A stretch of DNA of 64,000 nt. Source: an uncultured virus (IMG/VR IMGVR_UViG_2061766007_000148) (Duplodnaviria > Heunggongvirae > Uroviricota > Caudoviricetes). The position numbers and the translations under genes are program-made. The DNA lies in IMG/VR virus record IMGVR_UViG_2061766007_000148. One strand, 5' to 3'. Below are positions 50,057-58,455 of this stretch, in pieces (position 1 is the first letter of the stretch; each line of letters starts with the position of its first letter). The notes under the pieces were generated by a model. The model did not search any database. It saw only the letters and a list, made by a program, of their open reading frames with translations, and was not told where the DNA came from.

Positions 50057-50575
50057 ATGGCGGCAAAAAAGATTCAATCAAAAAAATTATTTAAATCATA
50101 TAGTACTATTGAATATATTCCCACATTACATCGTATTGAAGATGATCCATATACCGAGTGGGATCGCCAACCACATGACAGATACCCAGTTGTAAATTAT
50201 AACTTACATCCATCGGCAGAAGAGAGATCTGACGAACGTAGTCTCTTAAAAGATGTGAGAAAATTATCAGATGATGTTGGATATCATTACTATAATCAAA
50301 AAGGTGAGAGAGTTACCGGAGATGCTTTCTTAAAACACAAATCATATCAGGTTAGAGTACCGCGCTCATCTTTGGTAAGCTCTCTTTCAAAAGCGTATGA
50401 GACCGCAGAGAAACGTATCGCACATCGTAAAGATTTTTATGATGACTTTAACTATGGAAATCTATTTGATTATTGGCGTAATGTTGAAAATTCCAAAGAA
50501 GTGTATAAATTAGCCAGTAAAACTCATGCGAGACGGAGAAGATCCGGAAAATCATCACTGAGATTAAGACGTTAA
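50057..50575 (+). CDS. family F2 basic protein
   Basis: IEYIPTL, YQVRVP and KTHARRRRSGKSSLRLRR motifs. Confidence 0.8.
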   Translation: MAAKKIQSKKLFKSYSTIEYIPTLHRIEDDPYTEWDRQPHDRYPVVNYNLHPSAEERSDERSLLKDVRKLSDDVGYHYYNQKGERVTGDAFLKHKSYQVRVPRSSLVSSLSKAYETAEKRIAHRKDFYDDFNYGNLFDYWRNVENSKEVYKLASKTHARRRRSGKSSLRLRR

Positions 50576-50602
50576 ATTAGTAAATATAAGGGGGAAATTA
50601 AC

Positions 50603-51127
50603 ATGAAATCAAAGAAATCTATAAGGAAACAGACAGATTCTGAAGTGTATTATCCATCAATATACAATAATATATCGACTGGTAGAAAATATACTGATAA
50701 AAAATACATGTATGTAGCATATCCAATATTTGAGAAAGATAATTATGACACTCCAAAATACTATGATTATTATCTCCCCAATTGGGGTGCAGATAATATC
50801 CGAATTTCTCGCAAAAAAGCAAGAGATGGAGCAAATCGGTACGCAGGAGTAAGGGGGACGGTCAAAAAAATACATGTTATACCTGCAACACCGAGTCAAA
50901 TACGGAGAGCACGTGATAAGGCTGAAAAGAAATATTCCCGCCGTGATTGGCAGAATTCTCTTATCAATTATTACAGCCAAAATCGGGACAACGTTAGCCA
51001 TGGTGATCCTGATAAATTCAGAGGGGAAGTTGGTGAATTATTCCACTTGATAGACAGACAAACCCATGAATCTGTTATAACAGATCTCAGGAGAAAAGCA
51101 CGAAAAAGAGGAAAGAAGTTCTTTTAA
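50603..51127 (+). CDS. family F2 basic protein
   Basis: YVAYPIF, HVIPAT and LRRKARKRGKK motifs. Confidence 0.8.
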   Translation: MKSKKSIRKQTDSEVYYPSIYNNISTGRKYTDKKYMYVAYPIFEKDNYDTPKYYDYYLPNWGADNIRISRKKARDGANRYAGVRGTVKKIHVIPATPSQIRRARDKAEKKYSRRDWQNSLINYYSQNRDNVSHGDPDKFRGEVGELFHLIDRQTHESVITDLRRKARKRGKKFF

Positions 51128-51148
51128 AAATTAAAGGGGAAAATTAAC

Positions 51149-51679
51149 ATGGTAACAAAGAAAAATTCTAAAAAAATAAGAAAGAGTCCAAAGAGATCGG
51201 AAAAATATTATGTAGCATATTCACCGGACATATTGGAAAAATACTCTGATGATGATCAGATGTATGGTCACTCAGAGTATTACCCATATACTACAATCAT
51301 ACATCCACATCAACAAGACATTTATAAACCCGCTAAAATGGCTAAAATCTTTGTAGAATCTTCTGCAAAACGCTATAAAGATATTTATAATCCTTCAAAA
51401 AAGCATATTGATACAAAGGATCTTCAAAAAATTAAAATGTATGTTGTACCTGTGCCTAAAATCGCAGTAGACAAACTTAGAGATAGAGAATTTGAAGAAA
51501 GATTGGCAAAGTACAATTTGGTTAAAGATAAATTCCCTTACAGTGCAGGAAGGATATCTTCTGAAATAAGTGCTCGTGAAAATGCAAAACTCTTTGAGCG
51601 TACACGTCGTGGTCGTGCACGCAGGAGAACCGGCAGAATAACTCAGAAATATCGCAATACTTATAGAATGAAAGAATAA
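51149..51679 (+). CDS. family F2 basic protein
   Basis: YVAYSPDI, YVVPVP and RTRRGRARRRTGR motifs. Confidence 0.8.
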   Translation: MVTKKNSKKIRKSPKRSEKYYVAYSPDILEKYSDDDQMYGHSEYYPYTTIIHPHQQDIYKPAKMAKIFVESSAKRYKDIYNPSKKHIDTKDLQKIKMYVVPVPKIAVDKLRDREFEERLAKYNLVKDKFPYSAGRISSEISARENAKLFERTRRGRARRRTGRITQKYRNTYRMKE

Positions 51680-51721
51680 TTCCTTTTAGGAATTATTCGA
51701 TTGATATAGGGGGAAAATATC

Positions 51722-52036
51722 ATGTTTACAAACAAATCAGGTCTCGGCACGGTCGGTCGCATCGTGCCGCAGAAAAACGGACTGAATTATATCATTGGAT
51801 ATAACGAAAGAGTAATCGGGGCAGTAAGCTCAGATAATCCTGCTGAGCAGTATGTCCTTGAGTATTACAACACGAAAAAAGACCAATGGATTAAACCGTG
51901 GATGATGCCGAGGAATTATCATATTGCTGACATCAACAAAATGATCAAAGAAGGAACGGCAAGGTTCACGGAGTACACCGGCAATCCGGAGAATAACGGA
52001 TATGCCGTAAATAATAAGGAGGTCTACCATGCCTGA
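51722..52036 (+). CDS. F1-related protein (resembles 47749)
   Basis: YIIGYNERVIGA motif. Confidence 0.7.
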   Translation: MFTNKSGLGTVGRIVPQKNGLNYIIGYNERVIGAVSSDNPAEQYVLEYYNTKKDQWIKPWMMPRNYHIADINKMIKEGTARFTEYTGNPENNGYAVNNKEVYHA

Positions 52037-52343
52037 AGTAATTGGTGCACACAAAATTGTTTATGGGGTGAATTCGAGGGGCAACGTCATATATTTGCGT
52101 CCCCGATTATCCGACACAATCTACATCCCCGAAGAGATACATTCCGGCAACGGTTTGAGGGGTTGGGTGCCGTGTGCGGGAGAATACACACCCAAGCAGA
52201 TGAATGAAAAGATATATAAGCGCAAAATCAGGTTAAACTCAAAATATGAAAAAGAATACCTGTATGTAGCATCTCCGAGGGAGATGAAACAATACCCGAA
52301 TGCCGTATTCATCGGCATTCCTAAGAAATATTCAAACTCTTAA
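52029..52343 (+). CDS. family F1 protein
   Basis: PCAGEYTPKQMNEKIYKR motif. Confidence 0.8.
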   Translation: MPEVIGAHKIVYGVNSRGNVIYLRPRLSDTIYIPEEIHSGNGLRGWVPCAGEYTPKQMNEKIYKRKIRLNSKYEKEYLYVASPREMKQYPNAVFIGIPKKYSNS

Positions 52344-52385
52344 TCTCTTTTTAATTATCGCTCATTTCCGGGTAAAAATCTAAAG

Positions 52386-52411
52386 TTGTAATGTATTTTT
52401 ATGTATTCCTT
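52386..52411 (+). promoter_or_regulatory. conserved virus promoter
   Basis: TTGTAATGTATTTTTATGTATTCCTT. Confidence 0.85.
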
Positions 52412-52451
52412 AAAGGAATAGTTTATATTGTATTTTAAAGGGGGAAAAATT

Positions 52452-53048
52452 ATGAAATATTATAGAGTAAAAAAAGAATATGCCGATAAGCAGACATATA
52501 TACGGGATAAAAATAACTCTTGGAAGGTTGGAGAGCCGCTTTATGCGGATGCACTTTTCACACCTGCTGAAAGAGCAAAGATGTATCCTAATGTCAAAGA
52601 TTCTGTGTTTAGTGTAGTAGATATTCCTAAAAACAGAATATACTATTCTTTTGGACTAAGGTTTGCCAATCCTGATAATGAAGTAAATGCACGGTTATTG
52701 AATACTACTTGTTTAGGGTATCCATATCATAAATATGGTGCGGATGGTTTGATTACAGACATCCCACTATGGGGAAGTTCTCAAAAAATATACATACTTA
52801 CAGAGAATGATAAGTTTGTAAGTTTATGTATGAAGACTAAGGCATTCCATATCCCAAATGAATACTTATTAATATCAAATATTAATCATCAAGATTTAGG
52901 TGGGAAAATATCTCCTCAGAAGGCAATTAAAATACTTACAAATCCTAATTCAAAACATGAGTACTCAATTATAGTGAATATTGTACAGGGAAGATCAATT
53001 AACTTTGCGGCAAAATTACCGTATGAGTTACGCCCATATTATAATTAA
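52452..53048 (+). CDS. two-domain protein: MKYYRVK domain plus F1 domain
   Basis: LFTPAER..YYSFGLRF N-domain; ILTENDKFV..LGGKISPQKAI C-domain. Confidence 0.75.
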   Translation: MKYYRVKKEYADKQTYIRDKNNSWKVGEPLYADALFTPAERAKMYPNVKDSVFSVVDIPKNRIYYSFGLRFANPDNEVNARLLNTTCLGYPYHKYGADGLITDIPLWGSSQKIYILTENDKFVSLCMKTKAFHIPNEYLLISNINHQDLGGKISPQKAIKILTNPNSKHEYSIIVNIVQGRSINFAAKLPYELRPYYN

Positions 53049-53060
53049 GGAGAATTTGAA

Positions 53061-53520
53061 ATGGCAACAATACGTAAAACAACTCCAAAAAAGACATCCG
53101 CAAAGAAAGCATCCAAAAAACCGATTGACTTGGGNNNNNNNNNNNNNNNNNNNNNNNNNNNNNNNNNNNNNNNNNNNNNNNNNNNNNNGACTTGCATTGG
53201 TTTACAACGAAGGGGATATTCTTTGGTACGTTGATGAAAATACTTTACCGAGTAAGATAAGACATAAAATATTACAAAGATCACGGGATATGGTAAGAAA
53301 AAGGGAGGAACGATACCTTTCAGAAATTAATGCCCGTAAATCTCAGATGGACTGGTATGTACGTAACGGATTATTAACACCGGAAGAAGCGGACAGCCGC
53401 AGAAAATATGAACAGGCATGGGCGGATATCGGATATAAAAAAGAAAAGCAAAGATATCAGGATTACGTTTCAAAACGAGAAAAGGCAATCCACTCATACC
53501 CGGCAAAGCGCCGCAGATAA
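53061..53520 (+). CDS. basic protein (spans an N gap)
   Basis: AAGGAG RBS; MATIRKTTPKKTSAKKASKK leader. Confidence 0.65.
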
Positions 53521-53544
53521 CTAAAAAACAAAGGAGAGTAAAAC

Positions 53545-53667
53545 ATGATACGCTACATCCAATACGCAAATTCACAGAACAGTCCGGAAGTTCTCAAGGC
53601 AAAGGCTGAACTCAGAACTATCAAATTCAGCACACTCGCAAAATATCAAAGCAAGTTCAGGAGGTAA
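53545..53667 (+). CDS. 40-aa basic peptide
   Basis: AAGGAG RBS; MIRYIQYANSQNSPEVLKAKAELR...; below the track cutoff. Confidence 0.45.
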   Translation: MIRYIQYANSQNSPEVLKAKAELRTIKFSTLAKYQSKFRR

Positions 53668-53670
53668 TTG

Positions 53671-53838
53671 ATGCCTGCTAAGAGAAAGCGGAAAATCAGA
53701 ATACCTCATATAGAACTGAGTCCTGAATTTAAGAAAGATTTGAAGAGAGCCAAAGCACATGCAAAAATGGTAAAAAGAATCGGGCATAAATCGGAATCGA
53801 CCCGAAAAACAAAACCTAATAGAAAATCTTCTTTTTAA
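53671..53838 (+). CDS. 55-aa very basic peptide
   Basis: GGAGGT RBS; MPAKRKRKIRIPHIELSPEFKKDLKRAK... Confidence 0.5.
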   Translation: MPAKRKRKIRIPHIELSPEFKKDLKRAKAHAKMVKRIGHKSESTRKTKPNRKSSF

Positions 53839-54101
53839 AATACANNNNNNNNNNNNNNNNNNNNNNNNNNNNNNNNNNNNNNNNNNNNNNNNNNNNNNNN
53901 NNNNNNNNNNNNNNNNNNNNNNNNNNNNNNNNNNNNNNNNNNNNNNNNNNNNNNNNNNNNNNNNNNNNNNNNNNNNNNNNNNNNNNNNNNNNNNNNNNNN
54001 NNNNNNNNNNNNNNNNNNNNNNNNNNNNNNNNNNNNNGTTATATAATTTTATATAATATAACGATCATATAGGGATATGTGCAAAGCACAGGAGTTACAA
54101 A

Positions 54102-54854
54102 ATGAATTATGAAATGAAAATGATTAAAAAATGCGCAGATTCAGGTATCATCAAAGATATGCTGAAAGAATATGACACAAAATACGATTATGAAAAAGAT
54201 ATCAAAAATTGTATTGATGAAATAACCGATGTTTTGGATGATCTCAAAGAGCATTATTTCCCAGATCTTAAAAGAACTGGCAGGCACCTCGGATCAAATT
54301 ACCGTGCCAAATATTTACTGAAAGAGCTGTGTAATATATATGACACGCTATGGAATCTGACAAATGAACTCCACGAAATGGAATTTGATTATGGTGCAGA
54401 ACACGGTAGGGATTACACACAAATAAATGAACAAATTAATGCAGATTATTTGGACATCCATTATGCTGTGTTAGATAAACAAAACGAAATTTGCGTATAT
54501 GGTAAGACAGTTGAGGATACAAAAGCCAAAGCAAATGAATATTTTAAAACCTGTAAAAATAATCTGAACCCCGAAGAGATTCTATGCTGTGGATATACCT
54601 ATGAACAGGCAGTGAAAAAGGTCGAAAAAGACAGAGATTTATACAAATTGCATAATGAGAAGATATATGAAGACTACACAGAATATGCTAACATCGACGG
54701 GTATAAACTCATAGCCATACCCGATGAAGTTTGGAAAGAGTACATTTTACAGTTTGCGAATTATTGGATATATGATGATGCGGGGGGGTATGATAAATAT
54801 TATAATTTCTGGAAAAAATCACATAATCAACCCAAATCAATAGGATGTGAATAA
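54102..54854 (+). CDS. helical domain plus F3 (HicB-N-like) domain protein
   Basis: ICVYGKTVEDTKAKA...LIAIPDEVW; preceded by a plain TATA promoter near 54040-54060. Confidence 0.7.
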   Translation: MNYEMKMIKKCADSGIIKDMLKEYDTKYDYEKDIKNCIDEITDVLDDLKEHYFPDLKRTGRHLGSNYRAKYLLKELCNIYDTLWNLTNELHEMEFDYGAEHGRDYTQINEQINADYLDIHYAVLDKQNEICVYGKTVEDTKAKANEYFKTCKNNLNPEEILCCGYTYEQAVKKVEKDRDLYKLHNEKIYEDYTEYANIDGYKLIAIPDEVWKEYILQFANYWIYDDAGGYDKYYNFWKKSHNQPKSIGCE

Positions 54855-55221
54855 AATGCAAGAGAACTCGGATCTTGAAAAATTCTCAAAACTCACACAT
54901 CTTTTTATCGAGGCTATCTGTTCAAACATCCCCGACCCTGATTCAGGGGATTTTGCGGATGAACTCAAAGAGTTCACGACACTCATAAACCTAAACAGGC
55001 ATCGGATTAAAGATCATTATCTGCAAGGTCTCGGCAACCCCGAAGACCAAAAAGCAAACCTTTGTCTGATACACGCATATAACAGACTCATTGATTTGGA
55101 TACCAAAGATGAGGGATTTCGTGCGGAATACAACCTGATTGTATCAGAGCTGAGACAGATGAACGAAACCGCGCGGATCTCCGAAGAACTGTACAGAAAC
55201 GATTCAGAGAATAACCTATGA
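54847..55221 (+). CDS. helical protein, probable F4
   Basis: FSKLTHLFIEAI and PEDQKANLCL motifs. Confidence 0.65.
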   Translation: MNKMQENSDLEKFSKLTHLFIEAICSNIPDPDSGDFADELKEFTTLINLNRHRIKDHYLQGLGNPEDQKANLCLIHAYNRLIDLDTKDEGFRAEYNLIVSELRQMNETARISEELYRNDSENNL

Positions 55222-55406
55222 GACCGAAGTCCGCCGAAGAAAAAAAGATAATCACCGCGTATGTATCAACGGAATTGCTGACAAAAGCGCGTGAATACGG
55301 TATCAACATAAGCAAAGCCGCATCCGACGGCATAAAAGCCGCGGTAGAGCGTGAGGAAAAGATGAGAGAATTGTTCCCCGAAGAATTTCCCGGAGAAACG
55401 AAGTAA
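55218..55406 (+). CDS. RHH protein of CcdA/VapB antitoxin type
   Basis: ITAYVSTELLTKAREYGINISKAASDGIKAAV matches the archaeal L..A...GINIS antitoxin pattern. Confidence 0.7.
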   Translation: MRPKSAEEKKIITAYVSTELLTKAREYGINISKAASDGIKAAVEREEKMRELFPEEFPGETK

Positions 55407-55439
55407 GACACACTATTTCAAAAATACAGGAGACAGAAA

Positions 55440-56069
55440 ATGACCGAAAACACAGATGAATTCTACATCGCACCGGATCGCGATGCCAAGGACGCATTGA
55501 AACACTGGATGAATGACTCAACCGTAATGGTCTTGGATGAATATGCACAGTACAGCGGGTTCTATGTAAGCTCTCTGGAGTGCGGGGGATATCATATCGC
55601 ACAAAGAGCGGGGGTCACACCGAAAGAGGCTCTGGACGCGATTATAGAAGCGCGCAGACCCGACGGAATGCACATCAAGATATATTACATATCCAAAACA
55701 CAATACCAAAAAGAGCTTGAAGCACACAAAGCGCATCTGAAAGCAACACACGAATGGTCATATGTCATGATTTTCAGGTATAATCAGGATGTCTGCGGAT
55801 GGGGTGAGACGTTCGGCGATGCTTTGCGGATGGCAAGAGCCAATCACCCCGAAATCGAATACCCCGACAACCCCGATTCATACACGGATTACAGAATTGC
55901 AAATGACGGCGATATCACATACTCCGATGACGTTCAATACTATATGTATAAGAAGTTTGAATCCGGCAAAAATTACAGATTCAGAAGAACCACGGAATAT
56001 GATATTCGGGCAAATGCTCTTCAGTCAGCGGGAATACCCGTTCCGTTGGTAGGCATAATGATTGAATGA
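55440..56069 (+). CDS. tandem F3 (HicB-N-like) domain protein
   Basis: RAGVTPKEALDA and VCGWGETFGDALRMA motifs. Confidence 0.6.
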   Translation: MTENTDEFYIAPDRDAKDALKHWMNDSTVMVLDEYAQYSGFYVSSLECGGYHIAQRAGVTPKEALDAIIEARRPDGMHIKIYYISKTQYQKELEAHKAHLKATHEWSYVMIFRYNQDVCGWGETFGDALRMARANHPEIEYPDNPDSYTDYRIANDGDITYSDDVQYYMYKKFESGKNYRFRRTTEYDIRANALQSAGIPVPLVGIMIE

Positions 56070-56694
56070 CCAAAACATTCTGGGAAACAAATTAAATGAA
56101 CGGATACGGAACAGGAGCTATCAATCCATGAAACCGGAATCAATTCTCATATATCTTCTTCTTAAAAAGTTGGGAATCAGCTTTAACTACGAAACCAAAG
56201 CTGACAGGATGTATTATCAAAATATGGAGTATATGTTGCAGAGGTGCGGGGTATTCTTGGGATATCACTATTCATGGTATATCAGCCCGTATTCGAGGGA
56301 TTTGGCACATACACTCTATGACTTGGATTACAGCCTGAAACAGTATGAAAAGGACTATACGTGGTATAAACTCGATGATGAAGTGGAGGAGTTAACCAAC
56401 GGTCTTGAAAAATATCGGGCAATATCCGAAATTCCCGACGGAGTTCAGATTACCGACACGTCCAAACCTCAAAATGCCGTTTGGCTTGAGTTTGTCGCAT
56501 CCGTCGATTATCTGCACAACAGCCCGTCACGCCCGACTGCAATAAAAGAAGAAGATATCAGAGCATTCACCCAAAAAGAGAAAGGTACCATGTTCGGCAA
56601 TTTTGAACAAAGCTATGAAATTGCATTGAATGTCATCAACGGCGCCAATCTCACGGATGCCGACATTATGAATTATGGCAAATATGATTACTGA
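56062..56694 (+). CDS. Panacea/SocA(YwgA)-like antitoxin-fold protein; paralogue of 21221
   Basis: RMYYQNMEYMLQRCG...YSWYISPYSRDL and WLEFVASVDYL motifs. Confidence 0.65.
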   Translation: MNDQNILGNKLNERIRNRSYQSMKPESILIYLLLKKLGISFNYETKADRMYYQNMEYMLQRCGVFLGYHYSWYISPYSRDLAHTLYDLDYSLKQYEKDYTWYKLDDEVEELTNGLEKYRAISEIPDGVQITDTSKPQNAVWLEFVASVDYLHNSPSRPTAIKEEDIRAFTQKEKGTMFGNFEQSYEIALNVINGANLTDADIMNYGKYDY

Positions 56695-56721
56695 GAACAT
56701 TACAAACTGCGGAGACAGAGT

Positions 56722-56967
56722 ATGACAGACAGAAACCTCTATTATAGGGTTGCAAAACATTATGACAAAAAAACAAAGGAGATAGTTGTCGGAGAACCCA
56801 TACCATTTGGGACATATCTGCGATTATCGGATATTCCCGAAGGGTTTCAGGTAAATGTAAAGCAATATATCGTAATGGTATTCTATTTCATGGACAAAAG
56901 AAGCGCGATATCATTCTATAATACCACTCCGAGAGAACTGCCCGATTGGGAATGGGAAAGACTCTGA
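56722..56967 (+). CDS. small hypothetical protein
   Basis: YYRV.K.Y....VGEP resembles the 52452 N-terminus. Confidence 0.65.
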   Translation: MTDRNLYYRVAKHYDKKTKEIVVGEPIPFGTYLRLSDIPEGFQVNVKQYIVMVFYFMDKRSAISFYNTTPRELPDWEWERL

Positions 56968-56987
56968 AAAATCAAATGTAAACAGGA

Positions 56988-57010
56988 ATTGTATGATTAT
57001 ATCATACAAT
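56988..57010. terminator. inverted repeat between convergent units
   Basis: ATTGTATGAT-TAT-ATCATACAAT, perfect 10-bp arms. Confidence 0.5.
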
Positions 57011-57048
57011 CTCCTTAAAAAACGAGATAATTTTTTCAGCCGTACAAT

Positions 57049-57444
57049 TTATCTTTTGTAAGAATATTTCCTGTTAAACTTGGAGCTGTCCTCGAACGGG
57101 AAATTCTTATACTTCTGATAAACCGCGTTCGGCAACATCTTTCTGACAGATGCCGGGGTAACCGGATTGAAAAAGATGCTGTAATCTCCTGTGTTGTTAA
57201 TCTTAAAACGATTGATAAACTGATTGACGGATAACTTTGCCGTGAGATCTTCCCCGCTTTTACTAATTAACCTTAAAGGCTCTCCGTTTTCGACACAGAA
57301 GATTACTTTCCCTTTATGTGTTATCAGATAAAAGTTCAAAAGACCTTTATTTGCAACAATGATACTCGCATGGGCAATTCCCCAATCATATCCCAAAGAC
57401 CTGTTATCGGTCAAAAGATTATTTGTACTGTATTGATTACTCAT
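57049..57444 (-). CDS. family F1 protein; homologue of 31793
   Basis: LGYDWGI, ITHKGKVI and LTAKLSVNQF motifs. Confidence 0.8.
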   Translation of the reverse strand: MSNQYSTNNLLTDNRSLGYDWGIAHASIIVANKGLLNFYLITHKGKVIFCVENGEPLRLISKSGEDLTAKLSVNQFINRFKINNTGDYSIFFNPVTPASVRKMLPNAVYQKYKNFPFEDSSKFNRKYSYKR

Positions 57445-57462
57445 GATTATACTCCTTAAAAT

Positions 57463-57882
57463 TTAAAATAACCTTTCCTTTACATATTTAAAACACTCAT
57501 TAGTTTTCTGACTGACAGTATTGGGAACTATCTTATTAACATATGATGATGGTGCATCTAACAGTCCTGCTTTCATTTTCCCTGAAAGCCCAACACTGTA
57601 CAATCGATTCAATAATTCGAGAGGAGTGTATTTACCTGTCAAATTATCTCCTTTTTGAGAAACAAACATATAGTAATGCTTACCATCAGGGGTGGCAAAA
57701 ATTGCCTTTCCATTATGAATTATCATAAAAAAGATAGTGTCACTTTTATGTTCAAAAGATATCACAACTGGCGCAATTTCCCAACCCCATCCCACAGATA
57801 GTTTCTCAAGAATTCTTTTCTTTACAACCCCCATAGGATTACGATCTATGTGGAATTTATTAATCAACGTATTTCCCTCCAC
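57463..57882 (-). CDS. family F1 protein
   Basis: IIHNGKAI and LTGKYTPLEL motifs; start uncertain. Confidence 0.75.
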   Translation of the reverse strand: MEGNTLINKFHIDRNPMGVVKKRILEKLSVGWGWEIAPVVISFEHKSDTIFFMIIHNGKAIFATPDGKHYYMFVSQKGDNLTGKYTPLELLNRLYSVGLSGKMKAGLLDAPSSYVNKIVPNTVSQKTNECFKYVKERLF

Positions 57883-57897
57883 AATATGTTTTCTTCA

Positions 57898-57923
57898 ACC
57901 CAATATATGAAAATACATTACAA
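57898..57923 (-). promoter_or_regulatory. conserved virus promoter
   Basis: TTGTAATGTATTTTCATATATTGGGT on the minus strand. Confidence 0.8.
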
Positions 57924-57992
57924 TTTTCAAAATGCCGCGAAGACCGTTGATGAATCTCAAAATCCATGGTGATACGGAGGTCAAACCAAAAT

Positions 57993-58018
57993 TTGTAATG
58001 TATTTTTATATATTCCAT
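57993..58018 (+). promoter_or_regulatory. conserved virus promoter (capsid operon B)
   Basis: TTGTAATGTATTTTTATATATTCCAT. Confidence 0.85.
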
Positions 58019-58051
58019 CAAACAAATGACAGTATAGGAGGGAAATAAGTT

Positions 58052-58441
58052 ATGAGTCTTAAAGAAAAGCTCAGCCTTGCGGGCGGTCTTATCGCACGCA
58101 GAGCACAGGCATACAGAATGGGGGAGAGCGCTTTCTCAGGTCTTCGTGAGGAGACAAGAGAGACGCTTGGACTCAATGAGAATGGTTTTACGGATTGGAT
58201 TACCGGAATGGTTACATCGTTCATTGCACTGGCAATCGTCATCGCAATCGGTGTTATTATTCTCGCAAGCGTTCAGCAGGCAATGCCTGCCGTTAACGAG
58301 TCAAGTCCGTACTATGCACTCCAGAACTCACTTGAGACCACAACCGCATCCGGATACGGCTTAATCGCGATTGTAATCATCATTGTTGCAGCTGCGGCAA
58401 TCATGGCGGCAATCACGCTGATTCAGCGCAGACAGCAGTAG
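58052..58441 (+). CDS. putative major capsid protein (spindle-virus/pilin-like hairpin), copy B
   Basis: about 78% identical to 30695-31087 by manual count; NENG-F, two hydrophobic helices. Confidence 0.6.
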   Translation: MSLKEKLSLAGGLIARRAQAYRMGESAFSGLREETRETLGLNENGFTDWITGMVTSFIALAIVIAIGVIILASVQQAMPAVNESSPYYALQNSLETTTASGYGLIAIVIIIVAAAAIMAAITLIQRRQQ

Positions 58442-58455
58442 GTCAGAGGTACATC

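Noticed and set aside
55218..56069. Canonical toxin-antitoxin pair
   Set aside because: The neighbours show no PIN, RelE, HicA or CcdB signature that I can recognise.
12739..58018. The 26-bp motif as dispersed CRISPR repeats or attC-like cassette sites
   Set aside because: Spacing is irregular, the motif is not palindromic, and it is always oriented upstream of a start codon with a TATA-like part. A promoter is the simpler explanation.
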